NCBI GenBank assembly: GCA_050575255.1
Contig: JBNZDD010013726.1
Coordinates: forward strand, 2,611,763-2,675,762
Length of the DNA: 64,000 bases
DNA from: Harriotta raleighana
Taxonomy: Eukaryota
Direction: 5' to 3'
In this document: piece by piece, positions 13,310 to 25,691 of the stretch
How positions within the stretch are numbered: the stretch's first letter is position 1
How the letters are laid out: each line of letters opens with the position of its first letter
Position numbers and translations under genes: made by a program
Notes under the pieces: model-generated
The model's database searches: none
Seen by the model: the letters and a program-made list of their open reading frames with translations, nothing else
Told to the model about the DNA's origin: nothing

Positions 13310-13362
13310 AACAACAAAATTACATTTGTATGGAGCATTTCACGTCGGGAGGACATCCTAAG
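13310..13362 (-). mobile_element. Short L2 3' tail; one of many (also ~12460-12515, 17271-17330, 20328-20390, 30805-30912, 32965-33024, 33067-33130, 33180-33283, 35775-35832, 37015-37082, 39646-39707, 63575-63625)
   Basis: ACAACAAAATTACATTT...TTTCACGTCGGGAGGACATCC is the reverse complement of the tail of the 39996-41020 L2. Confidence 0.75.
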
Positions 13363-16014
13363 TATGAAACTACACCTTTACCACTCGATACACTGGAACT
13401 CTGACAGAATGTTCTTTTGTGCTCACTGCAAACTCCATACACACAGAGGAAGGATAGTTCTTCTTCTTTCTGTACTCCACATTCAGTACTTTTACCATCC
13501 AGGGTAAACATGACTTTCTACCATTATAACCTCACACCGTCACCGACAATAAATATACTGAGAAATAGTGACCAATGCCCAGAATAGCACAATGTCAACA
13601 GAATTAAACACAAATATTCTGATGTTGGACCCTCACCCACCCCAGTGTGCAATGTCAGAGCTGAATTTTCAGATATTAGCTCTGCAAATATACAAAGTGT
13701 TGGCTTGCAAACCTGAAATTCAAGAGTGGAAGGAAAAAATCAAGATTTCTCTTTAGTTAATAACACTCAAGAGTATAATCCAACCAGAATACACTACAGG
13801 ATAGAAATACACTGGTAGTCTCTCCCCCAAACAGGAACATTCAATAGATTTCCACAGGGACTCACCCAAGCAACGTGCTATACATATGTAATTTTATTAT
13901 TGTTGTTGTTGTAAGCATATGTTCAGCCTCTTTGGCAGCTCATTACTTCATTTTATGTGCAAGGTATCAAAGTGTTATTCTGTGACACTTTTTAGAGAGA
14001 ACGAAACGTTGGATGAATAAACATTTCATTGGTAGCTTTTCCAAGAGTGTCACTCTCTGATAAATCACCAAAGCCTCCTGAAGCATTTCAGATAATTTTT
14101 CAGAATGCTGGAGCTGAATTATATTCCTCATCATGGAACTTGAAATAAATTATTCCTGTGTGCTGCAATATTTCAATATTGTGACACCTAGTGAAAAGAT
14201 CTGGTCTTCCTCTTCAGTACATAGTTCTGATATTGCATTGCACATGTGCTACCAGGAGTGGGGTTGAGGCAAAGTAATGCTAAACAGGGAAGAAAGAAAC
14301 ATTAAACAACAATTCACTCTGGGATGCTATCAGACACTTCTGTGGCAGGCTTAAAAGCCCTTATTGAGTCTATGCATCCAGGAATCTGCATGGCTCTTAG
14401 CGGGGTAGAAAATAAATACAGTATATGGAAAGTTGCTTAAAAATATAAATATATATCGTTATCACTATTTTTTGAAGCGTGTTGACTTCTGATAAATTAT
14501 CTGTGACGTTTTAAACACTTCTACTAATTTTTACAAGTGGCTAATGCAATCTATTATCCATGTCACAAGCCCTGCCAGATGTCTAGTTTGGCACTGATCA
14601 GTTATTTTTCACTGTCAGGAAGGCTGAATCTCAAAGCAGGATCTCACAAATGTGACCATCACTATCTGCTGAAGACCACAATACAAACTGACTGAACAAT
14701 GTGCCTGCGATGAGCACACCTGGCTCAAGCAGCTGATATACTGGGCTTGTTTTAGAGGTCTTTCTGATAGAGGTCACTTCAACCTGAGCCGGTTCATATT
14801 AGATTAAAAAAAACATAAACCTTAATGCCTCCAAAAAGTTAATGCACATTTTTTTGTAAGATTGAAATAAAATTATTAACTGTACAAACTGTTTGCCAAA
14901 AAACTTACCCAATTCTTATTGTTGGAGAGTCATATAAATCCCGTCCGATTCCCTTGCAAATAGCCCACAGCGATTTAAATTGCTGAGTTTTGCTCGAAGA
15001 AGCTATTGCTAAAAGAACTATCACATATATGGCTGGGCATTTCTGCAGTACTGGTTTTATAGATTCCAGTGTATAGGGTGAAACTAGTGTGTGGTTATGA
15101 AATGAGTAGGACCAGGAACCAAGAAAGTTCCACAGCATGAGTGTCAGGTGGTATGCGTAATAGCTTGTCAGCTCTTCGTACGGGTTTAACTTGGAGCATA
15201 GAATTAATTTTGTGGTTCTTGCCAAATGTTTTTTTTCTTAAGGCATGCATGAGGGTATTTAGGCAAAGCCATGGCTGTGCAGTCGAGATAGGAACTAACT
15301 CCACATGATCCTCATTTCAGCTTCATTCCAGTTTCATCAAATTCCAGCCAAGGCCCAACAGAAACCCAGGCGTGACTGTGGGATTTTAAACAAACATTAA
15401 ATTCAGATGGGTTACCAGAACATTACCATTTCATGTGTGAGGATTCTGTGCTTTCAATGGCACTAATACAGGGAGCTTTTTTTTTCTAATCCTTGTCCAA
15501 TGTGGGCCAAATCTCAGTCCAGTGCAGCCAAACTAAACCCAACCTCTATTGGCCACCTCAATTAAGTCAAATACCATTCTTTATCTTTATTCTGGCCAGT
15601 GCCTCTGCAACCATCGGGGAGGGGGGGGGGGGAATAGGGCATCCTGGAATGATAAACTATGGGAATGTTTCGAGCTGCTCATTTTGAGATATTGTTTGTC
15701 TCAATGTTAAAAATTCAAGCAAATTCCACAAGTAATGATAAATAATAATAATAAGCTATTGCACTTATCACGTCTTCTAGATGTCTCAAAGGACTTCACA
15801 GATATAATCATGGCAATTGCCAAGTGAGAATTGGATACTGGATGCCAACTCTCCTGGAGTTTATAAATTATGATCGTAAAATTACAAGAACGATTAGGAT
15901 TGAGAAGGAGTATTTGGTTTATTAAAGCACCTGTATTGAGCTCAAACACATCAACTCCAAACTTGTCCTGAGTAACTCCAATGTTCACCTCAATGTACCA
16001 GGCCACATTCAACT

Positions 16015-16131
16015 ATATTATGCTCCTGAAGGTATTGGCACTAGGGACGCAGACTTTTTTTTCTCTTTGTGCTCACTGATCTAAATCAAATATTTGTTGA
16101 TTAGTCAATATCATGGGTCAGGAGAAGTTCA
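16015..16131 (+). repeat. Copy 1 of a ~120-bp diverged direct duplication
   Basis: Shares ATATTATGC.CCTGAA.GTA.TGGCACTAGGGAC, TCTTTGTGC, TCAAATATTT and ATATCATGGGTCAGG...AGTTCA with 16724-16838. Confidence 0.9.
16115..16131 (+). promoter_or_regulatory. Consensus DR5 retinoic acid response element (candidate)
   Basis: GGGTCA-GGAGA-AGTTCA fits RGKTCA(N5)RGKTCA. Confidence 0.55.
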
Positions 16132-16723
16132 AAGCTTCTTGGTGTGGAAAGCATGACAGTGATTGCTATGGATGTCTCTATGCCTGAGTTAGTTTTATTT
16201 AAAGAAAGAAGAAGCAAATTCCATCAGTATGGTGCTACAATAGCAAAAAATGTAAACATATTGTCCATTAAAGAAATATTATTCAAAGAAATGAGGGATG
16301 AGGGGAGTATCAAATTGTGGAAACTCCCCTGCATGTTAATGACTGCTCAGATAGGATCTTTACCAACTATTATATTACACGATATTTTAAAGCATAAGAG
16401 ATGGGTTCAGTAATTCAAGATAAAGACTATTATTCATAATCAGATCCACAAGTTTGCTATTAAAACAAATCCAGCTATACCCATCTTTCTCTGTGTGTAT
16501 GTTTTCTAACCTCAATGCTAACCCCTCCAAAAATTTAGGTGGCAGCAGATATTTTATACTTGCTAGTCATAATGACAGGGTTATGCCAAAGCCTTATGAA
16601 AGTAAATACACATATGATCTAAGAGGGTACATTGAATTTATGCTGCCCCATGTGTACTTTCCAAACATGTGTACTTTCCAAGCTCAATGTTAGTTTGCTT
16701 TAGATTTCACATTTGATCTGTGA

Positions 16724-16838
16724 ATATTATGCACCTGAAAGTAATGGCACTAGGGACATGGATTTTTTTTGTCTTTGTGCCAACTGTACCAAGTCAAATA
16801 TTTTCAGGTTAATTATATCATGGGTCAGGTGCAGTTCA
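16724..16838 (+). repeat. Copy 2 of the ~120-bp duplication
   Basis: Roughly 80% identical by eye to 16015-16131. Confidence 0.9.
16822..16838 (+). promoter_or_regulatory. Consensus DR5 retinoic acid response element (candidate)
   Basis: GGGTCA-GGTGC-AGTTCA fits RGKTCA(N5)RGKTCA. Confidence 0.55.
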
Positions 16839-17361
16839 GCATTCTCTCTTCTCTGCTCTGTCAAAGTGTATTAACCACTGTGAATGAGTGGCGTTATCCT
16901 GATTTGCTTCAAATGAATACAAATCAGAAAACCTAAATGCAAAGAACATTATATGAGGATTTCTGTCTGCCTCATTTAACATTTTCATGGGTTTCAAATT
17001 TCCGTACTATGATTCAGAGCCAGAATCAAATATATTAAACTTGCTTGAATTTATGTCCTTAGACTGTGAAGGAAACGGGATCGATGGACTGACTGATTTT
17101 CTCGTTCCAGGTTTGTCTTATTTCCTAAATTTAGAATTCAACTAACCTTGATTTGGAAATTCTGCCAAAATTCAGAGTAACTCTTCCAACTGAGATGTGA
17201 CGTTGCTTTTTCTGGTTTCAAAGCCATTTCTAACCACCTATAAATTTATGAAAAAGGGTTCTCCAAAGGAACAACAACAGCAACAAATTACATTTATGTA
17301 GTGTCTTTCACGCCAGGAGTACGTCCCAAGTTCTGTGCAGTGATACGTTTGTATTAGGTTC

Positions 17362-17682
17362 GTGGAGTCCTGTAGCTCAGTGGTCAGAGCTCTCACCTTA
17401 CAAGCGCGAGACCTGTGTTTCGATTCCAGGCAGATTAGGACAAACCTTGGGCAAGTTTCCTTACTCCACATGCCTAATAATAATCCCTCAAAAAAAACTA
17501 TAATAAATTGGTCATTTCAATCGATGACAGTTTGTGGGACACTGCTGTGCGCAATTGGCTGCCGCGTTTCGGCCACAAATATACAGTCAATTCACTTTAC
17601 ATTAGATTCTGTGAAGCGCTTTGAGACATCTAGAAGACTTGAAAAGTGCTACATCAATTGCAAGGATTATTGTATTATCATT
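17362..17682 (+). mobile_element. tRNA-derived SINE (chimaera SINE2-type), full length
   Basis: GTGGAGTCCTGTAGCTCAGTGG...TTCGATTCCAGG head; GGGACACTGCTGTGCGCAATTGGCTGCCGCG Deu-like block; tail GTGAAGCGCTTTGAGACATCTAGAAGAC...TGCAAG. Confidence 0.9.
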
Positions 17683-18262
17683 CATTCTAAATTAAGGGAA
17701 GGTCCATTTATTTAGTTGCCACAAAGTCAATATGAGTTTAAGCTCTTAGCCCATTGTGCAGTTGAGTCCTTTGAATTCTGTTTCAGCTGCCGTTAAATCG
17801 GGTCTAACAGGTGAAATGGCAGTAGTTTGAAATTCTGTTTAACTGAGTTCCTATCAGAAAGGAAAATACTTTATTTCTAAAATATTTTGAATTTTTAGAA
17901 CCTAAGGCTTGGCTGGCAGTGCCAGTGTGTATCAATGGCAAGACAGTGATGTTGACTGAGGGAGTACCTAGCACATCAACTCCTAACTCACTGACAACAT
18001 AATGAGACAGAAATTCAGTGAAGTAGGCATAGTTACAGGCACGAAAGGTGCCAGTGCACTGTTTACAACAACCACATGACCTGTCTTGACACTGTTAAAG
18101 TATTTAAAATAGAGAAGATTGATTTTGAAATGAGCAAAAGCATTATATTTGCCAAGGCTTGAGTCATTCTCAAATGCAAGCAATTCCCTCCAACAAAATA
18201 ATGCAATGTAGGCAACAGGAGCAAATACTTTATTAAACCATGAGCACTTAAAATAACGGAGT

Positions 18263-18275
18263 GTTGCTAAGCAAC
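18263..18275. promoter_or_regulatory. RFX X-box palindrome (candidate)
   Basis: GTTGCTAAGCAAC; second X-box-like GTTGCCTAGTGAT at 18399 and a CRE-like TGACGTCT at 18417. Confidence 0.35.
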
Positions 18276-19379
18276 TGGTTGTTACAGGTCACCAAAGCTA
18301 GGCCGAGGGGACCTGGCAGCTTTATGTACACGCGAATTGTATGATGAAATTCAAAATGTGTGGGCTGACTCTTTTGTATAGCACTCCACAGGCTTGCTGT
18401 TGCCTAGTGATGGAGATGACGTCTGCAGCTGAAGTTGGTGCTGAGGTTAACACTGCATTTTAAAATTTAGGAAGTAAGTCAGCTGCGTTCCTCCGCCCTC
18501 TGCATAGGATGGTTGCTTTGCTGAAGAGGAAGTGAAAAAATATTTGGGTTTTGGTTCAGATCCTTTCTTCTGCACTGTATGGATAGGGAAATCCCAGCCT
18601 GTCTTTTCTGGGCTGATATAGAGAGCAATATTCCAAAGCTCATAGCGGAAAACCCCATTACGTTTTTTTCCCCAGCTTTTCTTTATTGATGGGGAGGAAG
18701 TTAAAGCTATTATTTTTAATTTTCCTCTCCGTCACATGCAGCCTGTAGTTTCCACCACTTTCACAAAAAGAACTAGACTGCCTCTAACTTCCCTAAAGCC
18801 ACATCTAATCAACAACACTTTAGCTTTCTCTGTAAGCATAGTTTCCATGCAGGTTACTAAACCCATAATTCAAAATATGGAGATAAATTGTAAAAAGTAA
18901 TCTTTAAAATGGGATTAAACATCAATAATGGATCTGCACTGTTTGACTGATTCCATTGTATGTACCATGAGTCAAGGATAGTGAGGTGCCAAAGCACAAA
19001 GCGATAAACGTTTAATCAGCTTCAACATTCCCTACACTAGGATGAAGCTTGTTTAATTAACCACCAGGTTTATTAGTGTATGAATCAGAATGAGGCATGC
19101 TTCTGTTTATTTTAAATAAATATTATCATTCTGCTTTCGTTTTCCCTGTTGACAGTCACAATATGCACATTGGTTTTCAGAACATTACTTTTTTATGCTC
19201 CAATTGTTTCCTCATTGATGAATTAAGAATTTTGGAATTTTTTTTGAATGTCATTTCTTACTTTTAGTAAGGAATTTGAAGTAAGGGGCTGAAAATGCAA
19301 AGCGTGACTGATGGTAAATATTACATCCACTAAAATTGTGGTCAAATCAAATGATCGTTATTGCTTGGGATTAACTCAT

Positions 19380-19515
19380 CGAAGAACATTTTCTGGGCAT
19401 TTTGCACACAAAATATACATTCAATTCACTTTACAATATATTCTGTGAAGTGCTTTGTGACATCTTAAAGACTTGTTAAGGTGCTATATCGAATGCAAAA
19501 ATTATTATTATTATT
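19380..19515 (+). mobile_element. SINE 3' fragment (similar minus-strand tails at ~15740-15800, 26340-26500, 28490-28600, 35625-35750, 43950-44050)
   Basis: AATTCACTTTACAATATATTCTGTGAAGTGCTTTG...GCTATATCGAATGCAA(TAT)n matches the SINE tail. Confidence 0.7.
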
Positions 19516-22237
19516 CAAACATATCGCTGCACAATGGCTTCACAATGGGCAACAACATTCGTAGCTGCTATAAACTATGATCCAACCATTGTGCCAAAGT
19601 ACTAAGAAGTTTACTTCTGTGGTCAGTCACTTGTTGTCAACTGGTCTGACTACAATTTTAGTCGATGTGACAGTCATAACCATTTTCAATTCTAAGGTTT
19701 TCAATCAGACATATCTTTATTTATTGCTCTGAACAATTATCTGTTATAATAATCCCTGCATTTGGAATAACAACTTCCACGTTGGGAAGATTTGCATTTT
19801 TAACTCTGTGTTGATACCTAACTAATGTCCATGGTAATGTCCATTTACCTTTGAATGATGTACATTTATCTTTTATCCTCTCATTCTGTGATTAAAGCTG
19901 TAACTAAGAACAAGCCACAGAGATGAATTTCTTTTGACTTTGGCATAATAATGGATGGATCAAACATTATAACTGCTGTTAACACTGAGGGTATGACAGT
20001 GCTCTTCCCTCTAACTGCTTGCTAACATCTAATTTGTTTTTTCTAATATCCTTCTCTCAGCCAGTATTTATTAAAACATATTAATTTTTTGTGGCGACAT
20101 TCTAAGAACCACAAAGCAAAGAGACTCCAAACAATGATAAAAAGCCGCCAAGCTTTGCCACCTGCTCACTATTTTCAACACAGAATTGAGTGGATAAAGA
20201 ATACGAAGGAAGCCATTAATAATTGGCGGAGCAAGATATCTAACAATGAAATTGAAATATAAGTGAGAAACAGGAAATCCCGTTTCATAGTGCTTCTCTG
20301 TGGAGGTGCTAGCTTTTTATAGGTGTCAGTGCCTTGGGACATCCCCCCAAAATGAAAATGTAAATGTATTTTCTTTTTGTTGTTGTTGTTAACCTGTTAC
20401 GGACAATTGATGTGAATCAGAATGACCGGGGAAATGTCCAGAAGTACAACAATTGTATGTTCCAGTCATTGGAGAATAATATCTACATTGTTGGATTATT
20501 TCCTTCTAAGAACAGATTGCATTGCACTTTCATGTAATAGAAGATACATTTTAAACTTTTATGACATATTTATAACTTCCTCTTTTGGATCCTTCTATGC
20601 CTTTTGTAAAAAGATAAGATTTATCAGCAACAAAACTCTCTTACCTGCTGCATTCCACTCACAGTTAGCCACTCATCTACCTCTTCTCAATGAAGCAAGT
20701 CTGAAGTCTTTCCCATCTACTGCTAGCTCCAGGCAACTTCTTCCAAGAGGAAACTTTTCACCTGTCTCCAATCACTTACATGCATGATGGCCAGCTCCCC
20801 ATGAGGTAGGTAAAAGAAAATAGAATGCAATCGTCCAAATTCATAGCACAAAGTTGCAAAATATGGTTTTCCCTCAAATTCCCCTGTACCACTGAGTTCT
20901 GAGTATGTGTTGTGGGGTGGTGCCCCAAGCAGCAATTAAGGGGTTTCCCAACAGAGAAGTGTGAAAATAGAATGAATTGAATAATACGAGTAAATAGATG
21001 GTCACTTAAAATCATATCTAAGTCTTTATCCAAAGGAGATTTGTCACATTGTCGGGAAATTTATCATTTCTAAAAATTCCTTAGTGGTAAAATCCTATAT
21101 TCTCACACGTGGCTTTTACTCCTTCCTAAAACAATTTATAATTGTTTTTAAGATGTGCAAGAGAGGTTTGGATGGAGAATGTATGGAGAATATTCACCCT
21201 ATTGTACTCTCACACTCTTTTATTTAACCCTAGGTTTGTCATCGCCTTCAAGACATAGGCATTGGAGTATCACTTCAATAGTGCTATAGAGTAAATGACC
21301 AGATTTACTGGCAAAGCCTCATGGCAGGGTACAATTACAACAATCCAACACTATCATATGCCAAGCTTTACATTGGAGAAATGCATTGCTCTTTTTCTAC
21401 TGGGTCTCCATCAATATCTTGGATTTGATTTATTAGAAACATCTTATCTGTCTGAGCTGGATGTATATTCAAGTTGCAGTGCGAGATATCAGCAAAGAGG
21501 CCTGTAAGGATTCATTATTGCAAAGCTTCTTTTTGTCTGTGGGTGCATAATTGTATAGGTAATTGAGACTGATAATAGCTGTAAAACAGTTTTAAACAGA
21601 TCTCTGTGTGTATGCTTTACTGAGAGGATATAATTATGTATATGCTCTGTGCCCAGCAAATGTGTTTTATTAACTGGGTGTGGTGTCATTGACTAGAGGG
21701 TAGACATAGGCTTGAGGACTTTTTCAATCCTGAAAGAGCTGAGTCAAACATGAGGCAATTGTTGATTCTAAAACTTAATAACTGAGTATGTCTTCTTCCG
21801 GAGAGAAGATATTCTTGGTTTGGGCAGCGAAAGAAATACTGTTCTGGTCTCTGCCACGATGAATCGCCCAGCCAAAAGATTCCTTCAGTTGACAGATGTG
21901 GCTGGTCTGCTTTCATTGGTTGTTATCAAGTTGAGCAGGAATCAGCATCCGTTCTTGTCCAGAGGCTGATCTATCTCAAAGCCTGGCTGTCACAGGTGCA
22001 TTCAAGCATTGGTGAGTTGTAGCATCCAGAGATCAGGATCAAGAGTGGGAAGCTCAATGGCAATCAGCCACCAGATAACATCAGCTGAGAGATACTATGT
22101 GTTCAGCCTGCACAAAACTGCTCATTTACTGATAAAATTGAGGCAGTCTCTTCACGGAGAGCAGATATTCTGTCTTTTTTAATGCAAATGTTCTGGGTGA
22201 ATATACCATTTATAAACTATTCTGGCTGAACATTCAT

Positions 22238-22440
22238 CCCTCTATAACAATGTGAATGCACTAGTCTCAGTGACAGTACAGTACTAGGATTTTCCATACT
22301 TTCTACAACAATGTGAATGTACAAATCTCAGTCACTTAATTGGAGGAATGACACTGCGGGAGCTCCCTCTATGATAAACTGTATGCGCTAGTGTCAATGA
22401 CTATATGGGGGATTTTACTGTGAGAGCTTGTCCCATCATA
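22238..22440. repeat. Decayed ~64-bp tandem repeat, about 3 units
   Basis: Variants of CTCTATAACAATGTGAATGCACTAGTCTCAGTGAC near 22238, 22302, 22367. Confidence 0.65.
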
Positions 22441-23838
22441 GAAATCAATATCATAATGATCTAGTCGGCTATAATTGTGAAGAGACGCTTTTTCTTTCTT
22501 TAAAACACCCCATTATGTTGTGATATATGTCCTCGTTAAAATTTTTCTAAACTCTATAAATTTCCATTAGAAACTGATGTAAATGAGGACGTTTTCTAAT
22601 GAGAAACAATTTTGATTGACACGCAGACGCTACTCCCCGAGCTGGGTCTAAATATGAAGAATACTGTACCTGCAAGTCCAAGAATTAGTTGATAGTGTTT
22701 TCAAAGAGCAAGTCATATTACAACAGAGTGTCACACGAAAACTCAGTCCTTGCAGGAGTCACGTTAGATTGTGGGGCTGCCAAGTTTAGTATTTCTGGTT
22801 AAATACAGTACAATCTTATTACCTGCATGTTTAGAAATTTGGTTTCAAGCCCACTTATTCTAAAATCTAATTATAATACATTTAAATGCTCATACCTAGA
22901 ACTTATTCCAGTTTCTCTTGACTACAATATATTTGAATAGAATTCACCTGAACACTGAGCAAGTTAATAAGACATAGGAATCTTGGTCTGATCACAACAA
23001 ATGAAGTATTAATGTGAAGAATTCAATCTTGTCCTATCGTGTTCACGTTCACACAAAGACTGCCTTGTTTTTTCTTTATGTAGTTTATATTTATCTATTT
23101 TATTTCCACTGCCCCCAGCTTTGCCTCCCTTTGACACTAGACCACCTGTCTTTGAGTCCATCTGAACATTGTTCCAGACACTACCTCAGTTTGGTAAAAA
23201 CAGAAGCAAGGTTGAATGCATTATAAATAATGAAAAATTGTATTCACTGCCAAAACCTTTCTCTACATCGAGCTGAGTGTACTGTCCCTCGTTACCATGG
23301 TGAGGAGAAACAGAGAGGAGCTGCAGATAAATGTCTTTGTAGTCTTAAACATTATTGCAAATTTCAGAGATTAATAATTTATATTTTCAGACCTGCCGTT
23401 GCAATTTGTTAATGGCTTATCTACAAGAAAGATACAGTACACCTCTGGTGAAAGATGACACTAGCGGGTGCATTTTACACAAAGGAAGCTCAAACCATAC
23501 TGGAACTATTTTCCATTTGTACAAAAGCCACAACATCTGCACTCAATTCACAATCCAGCAACTCCTGACTGAGAAGCCATCTTAATGAAGGCAATCTCCT
23601 CTGTTGGAATCTACGCTCTGCCTTCCCATATTGTCTCTTTTGCTTATGTTACCTTTGCTTTGTTACTTTATATGCCCTGAATCTTGGCTTTCTGCATATT
23701 CTGTTATGTACAATTCACCGAACACAACAGAGCTCAATAGAGAACTCTTTTATATTCTACCAGGGGAAATTTACTCCTGTCCAAGCCTCATGTCCCTCAC
23801 ACAAATGTCAATTATTGCTAATGACTAAAGATACATAT

Positions 23839-24072
23839 CAGCTTGACTCAGTTGGTAACACTTTTGCCTCTGATTCACAAAATTGTGGCATCTAGGCCCA
23901 TGACAGAATTTGAATTTGTAGTCTGGGCTGATGCTCTAATACAGTACTGGAGGTGTCATTCTTCATCCTTTGCTAAACTAAGGCACTGTCTGCTTGTTGA
24001 TGTAGACATGTTAAATCCTCTAGGACTACAGTATTTTAAATGAGAATTTCTGCTGATGTCCCAGATAAATCT
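23839..24072 (+). mobile_element. Deu-domain SINE, 5' part, diverged
   Basis: GACTCAGTTGGTAACACTTTTGCCTCTGA head; GGCTGATGCTC..CAGTACTGGAGG; TAGACATGTTAAATCC. Confidence 0.6.
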
Positions 24073-25691
24073 GCATGTCTCGTTCGCATACAAATTCACA
24101 GTCGCTACACTTTGCAGTAAATCTTCTGAAATTATTTTAGGTATTTCAATGATATGGCAAATGTACAAATTAATATTTATTATAATATAAAGAGCAGAAC
24201 AGCATGTAACAATGGGTTTTACTACCATTCACCACTGACACCGGGGTTTGAATTTTGCTCGGACTGAAGGGATAAACATCTTTTCATGTTCAAGTGTTAC
24301 AATCCTGAAATAAACTTAGGCATTTGTAGTTCTACACAAAACAGCTGGAATCAACTATGAGGAAGTGTGGTTGAGGCTAGGACCCTGACTCATTTTGGAA
24401 ACAGTGATAATCTAATGGAAACATGAGAAGTTGGTTTCTGGAAGTAGAGTTCAAATACAGTAGATAGAAGGGTGTTCTTCATTTGAATGTCTCTCATGAC
24501 ATTTTTGATCTAGTATTTTGTGGCTGAGATCACAGCAAGAAAAACATTAAAAATTCAACACAAATTGGCAATCTACTTAGGACAGGCACTGATGACTGAA
24601 GTGGGAACTGGAAAAACCACATAAATGAAACAGAAAACATTCTCTCTATTGTGAATAGAGAAATGTCTCTCTGGGGGACTAATCTAAAGGAAAAAAGCAA
24701 AGTGGGAGAGCGAGTAGGAACTTCACCAGTGAGAGTTTTTCAGCATTTTCAGTGCCGTTGAATGCAGTAAACTCCCTACACATTATACTTGGATAATTTC
24801 CACAGAGCTTTCTATTGATGCAATTGAGACCAATGGGGAGTAGGAGCACTGAACATTAAGGAAAAGGTAAGTGGGAATGGAACTGACCTGCATAATACTG
24901 TTTGTGCATTTAAGTGATTTCAGGCATCACTACGTTTATAGTAAATTACTGCATCAAAATAAAATAGCTACTTCTTAAGGCAATTTGATGATTTTGTATT
25001 ACCTGTAGGACCAAAACCGTTAACTTTCATCTTTAATGGTTGCTTCACCCAAGTAATCACGCCACAGACGTACACAACATTTCTTTCCTTTGCATTGTTA
25101 GATTAACAATCTATTCACAATTAAAGCATTAGACACACACATCATTTTACATTTGAATATCATTAACAGAACTTATTTACATAATCAGTCTCTGTTGGCC
25201 TGACCAAGAAGTACTCCTTCAGCCTCAATATCTTTCCGCTGCTTCTGGTAATGTGCTATTTTCTCCCCCACATGGAATACTGCAGATGTAGAGGCTTCCT
25301 GTACTAATCCACTCCTTAGAGAAACAAGCAATTTACTTGGAAATCTAGTCTGACATGAAATGGATGCCCCAATGTGACAACATTTTCCAGTGAATGGCTT
25401 TCTGTAAAGACACAGAGCCACAAAAACACAACCTGGCGGAACAGAGTAACGTGAAATCGGATGATTCAGGGGGAGATTCGGAAAATCTAGAAGCTGATCC
25501 ACATATAAGAATCCTCAGAAAGTAAAGAGCCCATTTCAGAACCTAGTCTAAAAATTAGTTTTGGCTCCAAAGCTTCAAAAACTGGACAATAAAAAGTTTT
25601 TGCACCTCCAAGACAGAATAGAGCTATCCAAAGCAGTCACACTCTTTCTCTGTATAAAAACGATTTCAATTGAATAAGAGCAGTAGTAGTA

